Shown in pieces: positions 54,131 through 61,295 of a DNA stretch of 61,295 nucleotides. Numbering within the stretch: position 1 is the first letter of the stretch; each line of letters begins with the position of its first letter. A program made the translations under genes and the position numbers. This DNA comes from Candidatus Omnitrophota bacterium (lineage in GTDB: Bacteria; Omnitrophota; Gorgyraeia; Zapsychrales; Fredricksoniimonadaceae), in assembly GCA_028865345.1 (NCBI GenBank), contig JAGWKL010000001.1, positions 1 to 61,295 on the forward strand, in the 5' to 3' direction. The notes beneath the pieces were generated by a model. It saw nothing but the letters and a program-made list of their open reading frames with translations, was not told the DNA's origin and ran no database searches.

Positions 54131-54565
54131 TTATACTCTGCGTTTCTTGCGTGAACGGCACCCGTTGTGCGGGATGGGCGTCACATCTTTGATCGAAGTC
54201 ACATGCAAACCGGCGGCGACCAGCGCCCGGATCGCGGACTCGCGGCCGGAGCCCGGGCCTTTGACCAGCACATCAACGCTCATGACGCCCAGTTCCTTTG
54301 CCCGACGGGCTGCGTCGGTGGCTGCGATCTGGGCGGCAAAGGGGGTTGATTTCTTGGAACCGTGAAAACCCACCAGGCCCGGCGACGCCCAGGTGATCGT
54401 GTTGCCCTGTTTGTCGGCAATGGTCACAATGGTGTTATTGAATGAGGCCTGGATGGTGGCAATGCCTGAAGTAACACCTTTAAGGTTCTTCTTTTTGGCT
54501 TTGGCTGGCTTTTTGACGGCTTGCGACTGGTCTGCTGCTTTTTGCTGTTGTGGTTTATCGGCCAT
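54131..54565 (-). CDS. rpsK: 30S ribosomal protein S11
   Basis: [20 protein letters not shown] ... [13 protein letters not shown]. Confidence 0.95.
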   Translation of the reverse strand: MADKPQQQKAADQSQAVKKPAKAKKKNLKGVTSGIATIQASFNNTIVTIADKQGNTITWASPGLVGFHGSKKSTPFAAQIAATDAARRAKELGVMSVDVLVKGPGSGRESAIRALVAAGLHVTSIKDVTPIPHNGCRSRKKRRV

Positions 54566-54580
54566 GGTTTTTTATCCTAG

Positions 54581-54979
54581 CTATGCTTTTTTGGCAGCAG
54601 GGGCTGCTTCTTTCTTGATAATATGCCCCACGACGGGCTTTTTGCCTTTGCGGGTACGGGCATTGGTCTTGGTCCTCTGGCCCCTCACCGGCAGGCCTTT
54701 ACGGTGGCGCAGGCCGCGGTAGGTGCCGATCTCCATATGACGGCGCACATTCTCATTGATCTCGCGGCGCAAATCGCCCTCGGTGACGTAATTTTTCTGC
54801 ACCAGGCCGGTGATCCGGGAGATTTCCTCTTCCGTTAAATCCTTGGCGCGCTTGTCGCAGCTGATCTGCGCCTGTTGTAAAATCTGACGGCTGAGCGCAG
54901 GGCCGATCCCATAAATGTAGGGCAGCGCCGCTTCAATCCGCTTTTCCTTGGGCAAATCTATACCTAAAATTCTGGGCAT
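54581..54979 (-). CDS. rpsM: 30S ribosomal protein S13
   Basis: [26 protein letters not shown] ... [23 protein letters not shown]. Confidence 0.95.
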   Translation of the reverse strand: MPRILGIDLPKEKRIEAALPYIYGIGPALSRQILQQAQISCDKRAKDLTEEEISRITGLVQKNYVTEGDLRREINENVRRHMEIGTYRGLRHRKGLPVRGQRTKTNARTRKGKKPVVGHIIKKEAAPAAKKA

Positions 54980-54983
54980 CTTT

Positions 54984-55097
54984 TTATCCTTGTCTTTGCT
55001 TGTGTTTCGGGTTGGAGCAAATGACCCTCACCACCCTGTTACGGCGGACGATCTTACAGCTTGAACAAATCCTTTTGACCGACGATTTGACCTTCAT
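54984..55097 (-). CDS. rpmJ: 50S ribosomal protein L36 (not in the ORF track)
   Basis: Hand translation of the minus strand gives [37 protein letters not shown]-stop, in the expected slot between infA and rpsM. Confidence 0.9.
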   Translation of the reverse strand: MKVKSSVKRICSSCKIVRRNRVVRVICSNPKHKQRQG

Positions 55098-55103
55098 ATC
55101 CCC

Positions 55104-55322
55104 TCATTTCATCCTGAATGTGATCCGCCCACGGCCCAGATCGTAAGGCGACAATTCAACCTTGACCTTGTCCCCGGGCAAAATACGGATAAAATTCATC
55201 CTGATCTTTCCCGACACGTGCGCCAAGACCTTATGGTTGTTCTCCAATACCACGCGAAACATGGCATTCGGCAATGCCTCGACGATCGTTCCTTCCACCT
55301 CTATTAAATCTTCTTTGGCCAT
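55104..55322 (-). CDS. infA: translation initiation factor IF-1
   Basis: [53 protein letters not shown]. Confidence 0.95.
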   Translation of the reverse strand: MAKEDLIEVEGTIVEALPNAMFRVVLENNHKVLAHVSGKIRMNFIRILPGDKVKVELSPYDLGRGRITFRMK

Positions 55323-55327
55323 ACATT

Positions 55328-56086
55328 TTACTGTGTCAATATTTCAGGTCCGTTGGAACCGATGACAATGGTATGCTCAAAATGGGCCGAAGGTTGCCCG
55401 TCTTCCGTCACCACGGTCCAGCCGTCATTGAGTATCCTGGTACGGTGCGTTCCCATGTTGACCATGGGCTCGATGGCAAACACCATGCCCTCACAAAGCA
55501 CCGGCCCCTGGCCCGGACGGCCGTAATTGGGGATCTCCGGCTCTTCATGCAGGTCATGCCCTATCCCGTGGCCGACAAAATCCCGCACCACGGAAAACCC
55601 GTGCATCTCCACAAAACTTTGCACCGCAAAGGAAATATCAGAGAGCCTGTTGCCGGGCCTCGCCTGCTCGATGCCGCGCGACAAAGAGCCTTTGGTCACG
55701 TCTATCAGGCGCTGCAGGGCAGGTGCAATATTGCCGACGGGCACAGTGACCGCCGTATCGGAATAATACCCCTCATGGATGATACCCAAATCCAGGCTGA
55801 CGATGTCGCCGTCCTTGATGGTCCGCTTGCCCGGGATGCCGTGCACCACCCCTTCATTGACGGAAATGCAGGTGCACCCTGGAAAACCGCGATACCCCTT
55901 AAAGGCAGAGGCCACATGATGCCGGTGGATCAATTCTTGTGCCTTAAGGTCAATGTCCTTCGTCGACATTCCGCTTGTTAAAGAGCCTTGCAACTGGACG
56001 ACAATCGAACCTAAAATTTTACCAGCTTTTCTTAAAATGTCAACTTCATTGGCCGTCTTGATCAGAATACCTTGAACAGTCTTCAT
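55328..56086 (-). CDS. map: type I methionine aminopeptidase
   Basis: VVHGIP ... DIVSLD ... HGIG ... metal ligands in the FAIEPM and EHT regions. Confidence 0.9.
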   Translation of the reverse strand: MKTVQGILIKTANEVDILRKAGKILGSIVVQLQGSLTSGMSTKDIDLKAQELIHRHHVASAFKGYRGFPGCTCISVNEGVVHGIPGKRTIKDGDIVSLDLGIIHEGYYSDTAVTVPVGNIAPALQRLIDVTKGSLSRGIEQARPGNRLSDISFAVQSFVEMHGFSVVRDFVGHGIGHDLHEEPEIPNYGRPGQGPVLCEGMVFAIEPMVNMGTHRTRILNDGWTVVTEDGQPSAHFEHTIVIGSNGPEILTQ

Positions 56087-56094
56087 GGCTTGGT

Positions 56095-56736
56095 TTAAAG
56101 CATGTCAGCCAATGATTGACAAACCTTGTGCGTGTCTACATTAGCATCCAGCGTTCTTAATTTATGCTGTTGGGCATAATAATCAATGATCGGCCCGGTG
56201 CTCTGTTCATAAACCCGCATGCGCTCCTTGATCGTGGCTTCGTTGTCATCGGAGCGCTGATAAAGGTGTCCGCCGCAGGCATCACAAATGCCCTCTTTTA
56301 AGGGCGGCTTATTGGTCACATGAAAAAGCGCCCCGCATTGGCGGCACACCCGCCGTCCGGTCAGGCGTTTTAAAAGAAGACCGGAGTCGGCCTCCATGTT
56401 CAAGGCAAAATCCAAAGGCATCTGCGCTTTTTCCAGTATGCCGTCTAAGTCTTGGGCTTGTTTGACCGTGCGGGGGAAGCCGTCCAGCAGAAACCCTTTC
56501 TTCAAATCCGCATCGTGCGAAAACCGCTGTTCAACCAATCTGGTCACCAGTTCGTCGGAAACCAGAACGCCCTTGGTGATGAGCGCCTTGATTTCAGCGC
56601 CCAGGCTGCTGCCCGTCTTGATCTCCTCGCGCAGCATATCGCCCGTGGAAATGTGCGCCAGCCGGTATTTCTCTTTCAACAGACCGGCCAGGGAACCTTT
56701 GCCCGCTCCCGGCGGCCCCAACAAGACAACCCTCAT
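56095..56736 (-). CDS. adk: adenylate kinase (zinc-lid type)
   Basis: LLGPPGAGKGS P-loop. Lid CRQCGALFH...CDACGG. Confidence 0.95.
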   Translation of the reverse strand: MRVVLLGPPGAGKGSLAGLLKEKYRLAHISTGDMLREEIKTGSSLGAEIKALITKGVLVSDELVTRLVEQRFSHDADLKKGFLLDGFPRTVKQAQDLDGILEKAQMPLDFALNMEADSGLLLKRLTGRRVCRQCGALFHVTNKPPLKEGICDACGGHLYQRSDDNEATIKERMRVYEQSTGPIIDYYAQQHKLRTLDANVDTHKVCQSLADML

Positions 56737-58106
56737 GACCGCCGTCCTCTCAATTGCCCGTATTTCATAAAGCCCTCGTAATGGTGCATCTGTAAATGCG
56801 ACTCGATCTGTTTCATGGTGTCCAGCATGACGCCGACGATGATGAGGATGCCGGTGCCGCCGAAAAAGGAAGCCACCAGGTACGGCACTTTAAAAGACGC
56901 CATGATCCAATCCGGCATGACGGCGATCACGCAAATGAACAACGAGCCGACCACGGTGATGCGCGTCAACACATAATCCAGATAATCCGCGGTCTCTTTC
57001 CCCGGGCGTATGCCGGGCACGAACCCTCCGTGCTTCTTTAAGTTGTCCGCCACGTCCATGGGGTTAAAAACGATGGCCGTATAAAAATAACAGAAAAAGA
57101 TGATCAAGGCCGCATAAAGCACGTAATAAGGCCAATGCCCCCGCTGGATCAAGGTGATGATCTGCGCCATCCAGAAATTATGTCCGGCATGCGGTATAAA
57201 GGAAGAAATCGTCGCCGGAAACAGGATGATGGACTGCGCGAAAATGATGGCGATGATGCCGGCCGTATCCACTTTCAGGGGGATAAACGTCCCCTGCCCC
57301 GCCACCGTGGATGTGGTCCCGCCCCGTCTGGCATACTGCACCGGAATGCGGCGCTGGCCCTGGGAAATCAGGGTGACGGAAATGATGACCGCGATCAAAA
57401 AGAAACACATCAGGACTATGGCCATGGGCTGCAACTGGCCCGCCCCGCTTTGGGGGTTCAATAAAAGCGTCAAATAATGGTACGCCGTCGGCGCCCTGGA
57501 TAAAATACCCGCCGTGATGACCAGGGACATGCCGTTACCCACCCCCGACTCCTGGATGCGCTCGCCCAACCACATCAGGAAAACAGAACCGGCGGTCAGG
57601 GTCACGACCGTCGTCAAGCGGAACCCCCATCCGGGATGGTCCACGACCTGCATGCCGCCGAAGGTCGCCGGACTTTCAAGCCAAAGAGCGATAAAAAAAG
57701 CCTGGACCAGGGACAATCCGACGGTGCCGTAACGGGTGTACTGGGTAATGACCTTATACCCGGCCTGGCCCTCCTTGGAAAGCTTTTCCAGGGACGGGAT
57801 CACCGCCGTCAACAACTGCATGATGATCGAGGCGGAAATGTACGGCATGACCCCAAGGGAAAGCACCGTCATTTTCCCAAGCGCCCCGCCGGAGAACATG
57901 TCCATGATGCCGAACACATTGCCGCCGCCGTTGGCGCTGTTCATTTTCTGAAAGAACGCGTTTAACGCCGCCCCGTTGATGCCTGGGGTGGGGACATAAC
58001 ACCCTATGCGATAGACCGCGAGGATGCCGATGGTAAACAGGATTTTCTTGCGTAATTCCGGAACTTTAAAACAGTTCGAAAATCCTTTTAAGAATTGCGA
58101 GATCAT
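56733..58106 (-). CDS. secY: preprotein translocase subunit SecY
   Basis: 10-TM protein. LGVMPYISASIIMQLL plug/TM2 signature. Confidence 0.95.
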   Translation of the reverse strand: MISQFLKGFSNCFKVPELRKKILFTIGILAVYRIGCYVPTPGINGAALNAFFQKMNSANGGGNVFGIMDMFSGGALGKMTVLSLGVMPYISASIIMQLLTAVIPSLEKLSKEGQAGYKVITQYTRYGTVGLSLVQAFFIALWLESPATFGGMQVVDHPGWGFRLTTVVTLTAGSVFLMWLGERIQESGVGNGMSLVITAGILSRAPTAYHYLTLLLNPQSGAGQLQPMAIVLMCFFLIAVIISVTLISQGQRRIPVQYARRGGTTSTVAGQGTFIPLKVDTAGIIAIIFAQSIILFPATISSFIPHAGHNFWMAQIITLIQRGHWPYYVLYAALIIFFCYFYTAIVFNPMDVADNLKKHGGFVPGIRPGKETADYLDYVLTRITVVGSLFICVIAVMPDWIMASFKVPYLVASFFGGTGILIIVGVMLDTMKQIESHLQMHHYEGFMKYGQLRGRRS

Positions 58107-58112
58107 AAAAAA

Positions 58113-58556
58113 TTAGGACAGGACCGTCAAGGTGCCGCCGGCCTTGGTGATCTTGTCACCGGCCTCTTTGGAAAATGAGTGTGCTTGCACCGTCAATTTC
58201 CGTTTGAGATCACCCGCGCTTAAAATCTTGACGGGCCCGCTTAAGGATTTGATCAAATGACGGCTTTTGAGAAGTTCAGGGGTGACGGTTGCGCCGTTTT
58301 CAAACAGGTTCAAGCTTTCGCAATTGACGAGCTGGTAGCGTACGGGCCATTTGCTGTTAAACCCCACCTTGGGCAAACGGCGCAGCAGCGTCATCTGGCC
58401 GCCTTCGTAGGCCGATAAGACCCCGCGTCCGGAACGGCAATTCTGGCCGGTCTGTCCGCGGCCGCAGCGCTTGCCGTGGCCGGTGCCGCGCCCGCGTCCG
58501 ACGGTCTTTTTATGCCTGCGTGAGCCTTCAGGGCTTTTCAATTGATGGACTTGCAT
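58113..58556 (-). CDS. rplO: 50S ribosomal protein L15
   Basis: [33 protein letters not shown]. Confidence 0.95.
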   Translation of the reverse strand: MQVHQLKSPEGSRRHKKTVGRGRGTGHGKRCGRGQTGQNCRSGRGVLSAYEGGQMTLLRRLPKVGFNSKWPVRYQLVNCESLNLFENGATVTPELLKSRHLIKSLSGPVKILSAGDLKRKLTVQAHSFSKEAGDKITKAGGTLTVLS

Positions 58557-59259
58557 TGGATTTTTCCTCTACTGTTTCACTGCCGACCACAGGGGATGCC
58601 AGGGCCCGGCGCACCGCCTTCAGACGGGAAAGCCCGTCAAAGGTGGCCTTCACCACATTAATGGGATTATTGGAGCGGTGGCACTTGGTCAAAATATTGG
58701 TAATGCCGGCGCCGTCACAAACCGCCCGTACGGCCCCCGAAGCGATGACTCCCGTACCATCGGAAGCCGGCTTTAATAAAACAATGGCCGAACCGCACTG
58801 GCCGATGATTTCATGGGTGATCGTCGAATCGCGGCGAGGGATGAGGATCATTTGTTTTTTGGCGGCCGCCAGCGCTTTTTTGATGGCGCCTGCCACTTCC
58901 CCGGCCTTGCCCAGGCCATAACCGGCCTTGCCTTTGCCGTCGCCGACAACCACCAGCGCCGAAAATGCCAGGCGGGTGCCGCCCTTGGTGGTCTTGGATA
59001 CGCGGTTGATGGACACCACTTTTTCAATGAGGCCGCTGTCCGTCAAAGATGACGTCTTCTTGGGCGGCCTGCGCTCCCCGCGGGGTTTGCGCCCCGGCCG
59101 TCCGCCGCCGGGAATGCCCGGTTGAACAGCGGGGGCTGCCGCCTGCTCAGGAGACTCTTGCGGCACATCCGTTTCCTTTTCCTGCTCGAGGATATGCTCG
59201 GCCTGGGCCGCGGTTTTGACAGCTAATTCTTTCTCATCGATTTTTTTGATTTCTTTCAT
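58528..59259 (-). CDS. rpsE: 30S ribosomal protein S5 with ~75-aa N-terminal extension
   Basis: Core [43 protein letters not shown], preceded by an acidic/Pro-rich extension. The 3' end overlaps the rplO start by 29 nt. Confidence 0.9.
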   Translation of the reverse strand: MKEIKKIDEKELAVKTAAQAEHILEQEKETDVPQESPEQAAAPAVQPGIPGGGRPGRKPRGERRPPKKTSSLTDSGLIEKVVSINRVSKTTKGGTRLAFSALVVVGDGKGKAGYGLGKAGEVAGAIKKALAAAKKQMILIPRRDSTITHEIIGQCGSAIVLLKPASDGTGVIASGAVRAVCDGAGITNILTKCHRSNNPINVVKATFDGLSRLKAVRRALASPVVGSETVEEKSNASPSIEKP

Positions 59260-59262
59260 TGA

Positions 59263-59625
59263 TTAAAACTCCAATCCTGCTTTCCGGGCCGCTTCAGCAA
59301 ACGCCTTGATACGGCCATGGTATAAATATCCGCCGCGGTCAAAAGCGACTTTCTTGATCCCTTTTTTAATGGCCTCCAAGGCCACGGCTTCCCCTAAAAT
59401 ACCGGCCGCGCTGATATTACCGCCGGTCTTGAATTTCGATTTGACGTCCTTGGCCAGCGTCGACTTGCCCAACAGGACCTTGCCGGCTGAATCGTCGATG
59501 ATCTGGGCTTGCAAATTGTTCAAAGACCTGTGCAGGCATAACCGCGGACGGTTCGTTGTGCCGCTTAAAGCCCCGCGGATGCGCTGATGGCGATAGACCC
59601 TTTTTTGTTCCTTAATGTTTAACAT
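59263..59625 (-). CDS. rplR: 50S ribosomal protein L18
   Basis: RHQRIRGALSGTTNRPRLCLHRSLNNLQAQIIDD ... FDRGGYLYHGRIKAFAEAARKAGLEF. Confidence 0.95.
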   Translation of the reverse strand: MLNIKEQKRVYRHQRIRGALSGTTNRPRLCLHRSLNNLQAQIIDDSAGKVLLGKSTLAKDVKSKFKTGGNISAAGILGEAVALEAIKKGIKKVAFDRGGYLYHGRIKAFAEAARKAGLEF

Positions 59626-59689
59626 ATTATTTCGTTACCTGTTTTCCCTAATAAAGGCCCAATTGCCTCGACTAGGCGAAAGCTACTGG

Positions 59690-60229
59690 TTATTTGGTTA
59701 CTTGTTTTCCCTGCTTACGTTTTACAATCTCTCCTACATAGCGGATGCCCTTGCCCTTATACGGTTCCGGCGGCTTAAAACCGCGGATCTTGGCGGCCAC
59801 CAGGCCGACCAGGGCCTTATCAACGCCCTCGACGGAAATTTCGGTAGGCTTGGGCAAGGTCACCTTGACCTCTTTGGGGAATTCATATTCCACCGGATGC
59901 GAAAATCCCACGTTCAAAACCAATTTATTGCCCTGCACCGCGGCACGAAAACCGACGCCCTGGATCTCCAGGCCCTTTTTATGGCCCTGGGCGACACCCA
60001 CACACATATTTTCAATGAGCCTTTTGGTGGTGCCGTGATCGGACCTGGCCTGTTTGGTATCGCTGGTGCGGTTGACAAAAATCCTGTTCTCTTTGTTTTC
60101 CAAGGCCACATCCACCGGGAGCTTCAGGGCCAATTTGCCCTTGGGGCCTTCCACGTTGACCGCGGCCTTATCAAAAGAGATTTTTACGTTTTTCGGTAAT
60201 TCCACCGGTGTTTTTGCAATGCGTGACAT
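59690..60229 (-). CDS. rplF: 50S ribosomal protein L6
   Basis: MSRIAKTPVELPKNVKI ... RGFKPPEPYKGKGIRY. Confidence 0.95.
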   Translation of the reverse strand: MSRIAKTPVELPKNVKISFDKAAVNVEGPKGKLALKLPVDVALENKENRIFVNRTSDTKQARSDHGTTKRLIENMCVGVAQGHKKGLEIQGVGFRAAVQGNKLVLNVGFSHPVEYEFPKEVKVTLPKPTEISVEGVDKALVGLVAAKIRGFKPPEPYKGKGIRYVGEIVKRKQGKQVTK

Positions 60230-60241
60230 GTTCTATCCTTT

Positions 60242-60637
60242 TTACCAAATATGGCAAATGACTTCCCCGCCGATTTTTAACTTACGCGCTTCCCGATCGG
60301 AAATCAATCCCTTGGACGTGGAAATGACCGCCGTGCCCAGCCCGTTGAGGACTCTGGGAATACGGGTCTTGTCCGCGTACACGCGCAAGCCCGGCCGCGA
60401 GACGCGCTTGAGCCCCAGGATCAACGGCTTGTTGTTCTCGTATTTCAAATAAACTTTAAGAACACCCTGTTTGTTGTCCTTCAATAAACGGAAATCTTCG
60501 ATATAGCCGTCGTTCTTGAAAAGGCCCATCATGCGTTCCAGCAATTTGGAGGCCGGAAATTCGACGGTCTCCTTGCGGGCGTTTGTGGCGTTACGGATGA
60601 TGGTTAATGTATCAGCGATCGGATCTGAAACAGACAT
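60242..60637 (-). CDS. rpsH: 30S ribosomal protein S8
   Basis: MSVSDPIADTLTIIRNA ... GGEVICHIW. Confidence 0.95.
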   Translation of the reverse strand: MSVSDPIADTLTIIRNATNARKETVEFPASKLLERMMGLFKNDGYIEDFRLLKDNKQGVLKVYLKYENNKPLILGLKRVSRPGLRVYADKTRIPRVLNGLGTAVISTSKGLISDREARKLKIGGEVICHIW

Positions 60638-60660
60638 TTAAATTTCTCCTTAAAAAAATA

Positions 60661-60846
60661 TTACCAGCTTGCTTTCTTCACGCCCGGGATTTCACCCTTC
60701 CAGGAGAGTTCCCTGAAACAGATACGGCATATGCCGAAACGGCGCATATACCCGCGCGGACGGCCGCACAACCCGCAGCGGTTGTGCTGACGCGCGGAAA
60801 ATTTAGGGGCTTCCAGAGCTTTGTTGACCAATGATTTTCTTGCCAT
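60661..60846 (-). CDS. rpsZ: 30S ribosomal protein S14 type Z (zinc-binding)
   Basis: 61 aa. C-x2-C ... C-x2-C ([23 protein letters not shown]). Confidence 0.95.
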   Translation of the reverse strand: MARKSLVNKALEAPKFSARQHNRCGLCGRPRGYMRRFGICRICFRELSWKGEIPGVKKASW

Positions 60847-60853
60847 AGTGTCC

Positions 60854-61295
60854 TTATTGTTTGGTGAAAGGCATGCCTAAAAGACGCAATACCTCAAAAT
60901 TTTGTTCCTTATTGCCGCCCTCAAAGACAAAAGAAATATCCATCCCCTGGACGCGATGGTCGCGGGCGCCGATGTCGATCTCCGGGAAAATGCCCTGATC
61001 GGCAATGCCCAGCGTATAATTGCCGTCGCGGTCAAAGGCCTTGCGGGACGTTCCGTTGAAGTCCCGGATACGGGGTATCGAGACGTTCACCAAACGGTCA
61101 AAGAATTCGTACATGCGCGTGCGGCGCAAGGTCACCTTGCAGCCGATGGGCAAATCCTCGCGCAGCTTGAAATTGGAGATCGCCTTCTTCGAACGGCAGA
61201 CCACCGGCTTTTGTCCCGTGATGAGCGCCAAATGCTCGGCGGCACGGTCCAACAGTTTGGCGTCGCCGATCGCTTCCCCCACCCCCATATTCACG
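60854..61295 (-). CDS. rplE: 50S ribosomal protein L5 (5' end beyond window)
   Basis: [34 protein letters not shown] ... YTLGI.DQ.IFPEI. The frame is open to the window edge. Confidence 0.9.
   Translation of the reverse strand, partial: VNMGVGEAIGDAKLLDRAAEHLALITGQKPVVCRSKKAISNFKLREDLPIGCKVTLRRTRMYEFFDRLVNVSIPRIRDFNGTSRKAFDRDGNYTLGIADQGIFPEIDIGARDHRVQGMDISFVFEGGNKEQNFEVLRLLGMPFTKQ

Noticed and set aside
58528-58556. Possibility that the rpsE/rplO overlap hides a frameshifted or degraded rpmD.
   Set aside because: The overlap is only 29 nt. S5 reads cleanly to its stop, and L15 starts with its canonical N-terminus. No L30-like peptide appears in any frame in this interval.

Overview
61.3-kb chromosomal window from a diderm bacterium. 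It encodes LptFG, a LolCDE-type system, MlaDEF and an outer-membrane beta-barrel porin. I cannot name the lineage from sequence alone. About 75 tightly packed protein genes lie almost entirely on the minus strand. Left to right: (1) tail of lpd, a structured inverted-repeat element, a GT-C glycosyltransferase, a two-component pair, and DUF192-maf-pyrE. (2) A nitrate-assimilation operon (nirB-nirD-narK-porin-FeS/DmsC fusion-nasA-MOSC). Its leader carries three CATTGAWG stem-loops and an intrinsic terminator (ANTAR-like antitermination design), and a PAS-LuxR regulator sits next to it. (3) comF-lptF-lptG, the only plus-strand block. (4) alr-tsaB-tsaE-thiL-mtnA-metG-ricT-holB-tmk. (5) An atypical tRNA-like gene plus an AT-rich orphan islet. 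(6) cysS-cysE-ispF-ispD-yacL-radA / mlaDFE / clpC-mcsB-mcsA / ilvE / lolDE / lysS, which matches Bacillus-type synteny with envelope genes spliced in. (7) An AT-richer accessory stretch holding a 1140-aa secreted multidomain protein, an HNH-like protein, higBA-like and brnTA toxin-antitoxin modules, a small membrane protein and a RES-toxin remnant. A ~100-nt repeat sits at the gene-cassette junctions of this stretch. (8) The alpha/spc ribosomal operons (rplQ to rplE), with no rpmD. No rRNA, CRISPR, transposase or integrase genes were seen. All calls rest on motif recognition in the supplied translations and hand inspection of intergenic DNA; no database search was possible. The best second-look candidates are the cassette-junction repeat array around the TA modules, the orphan giant secreted protein, the ANTAR-like nirB leader, the NasA plus DmsB/DmsC-fusion pairing, and two families of structured intergenic repeats.
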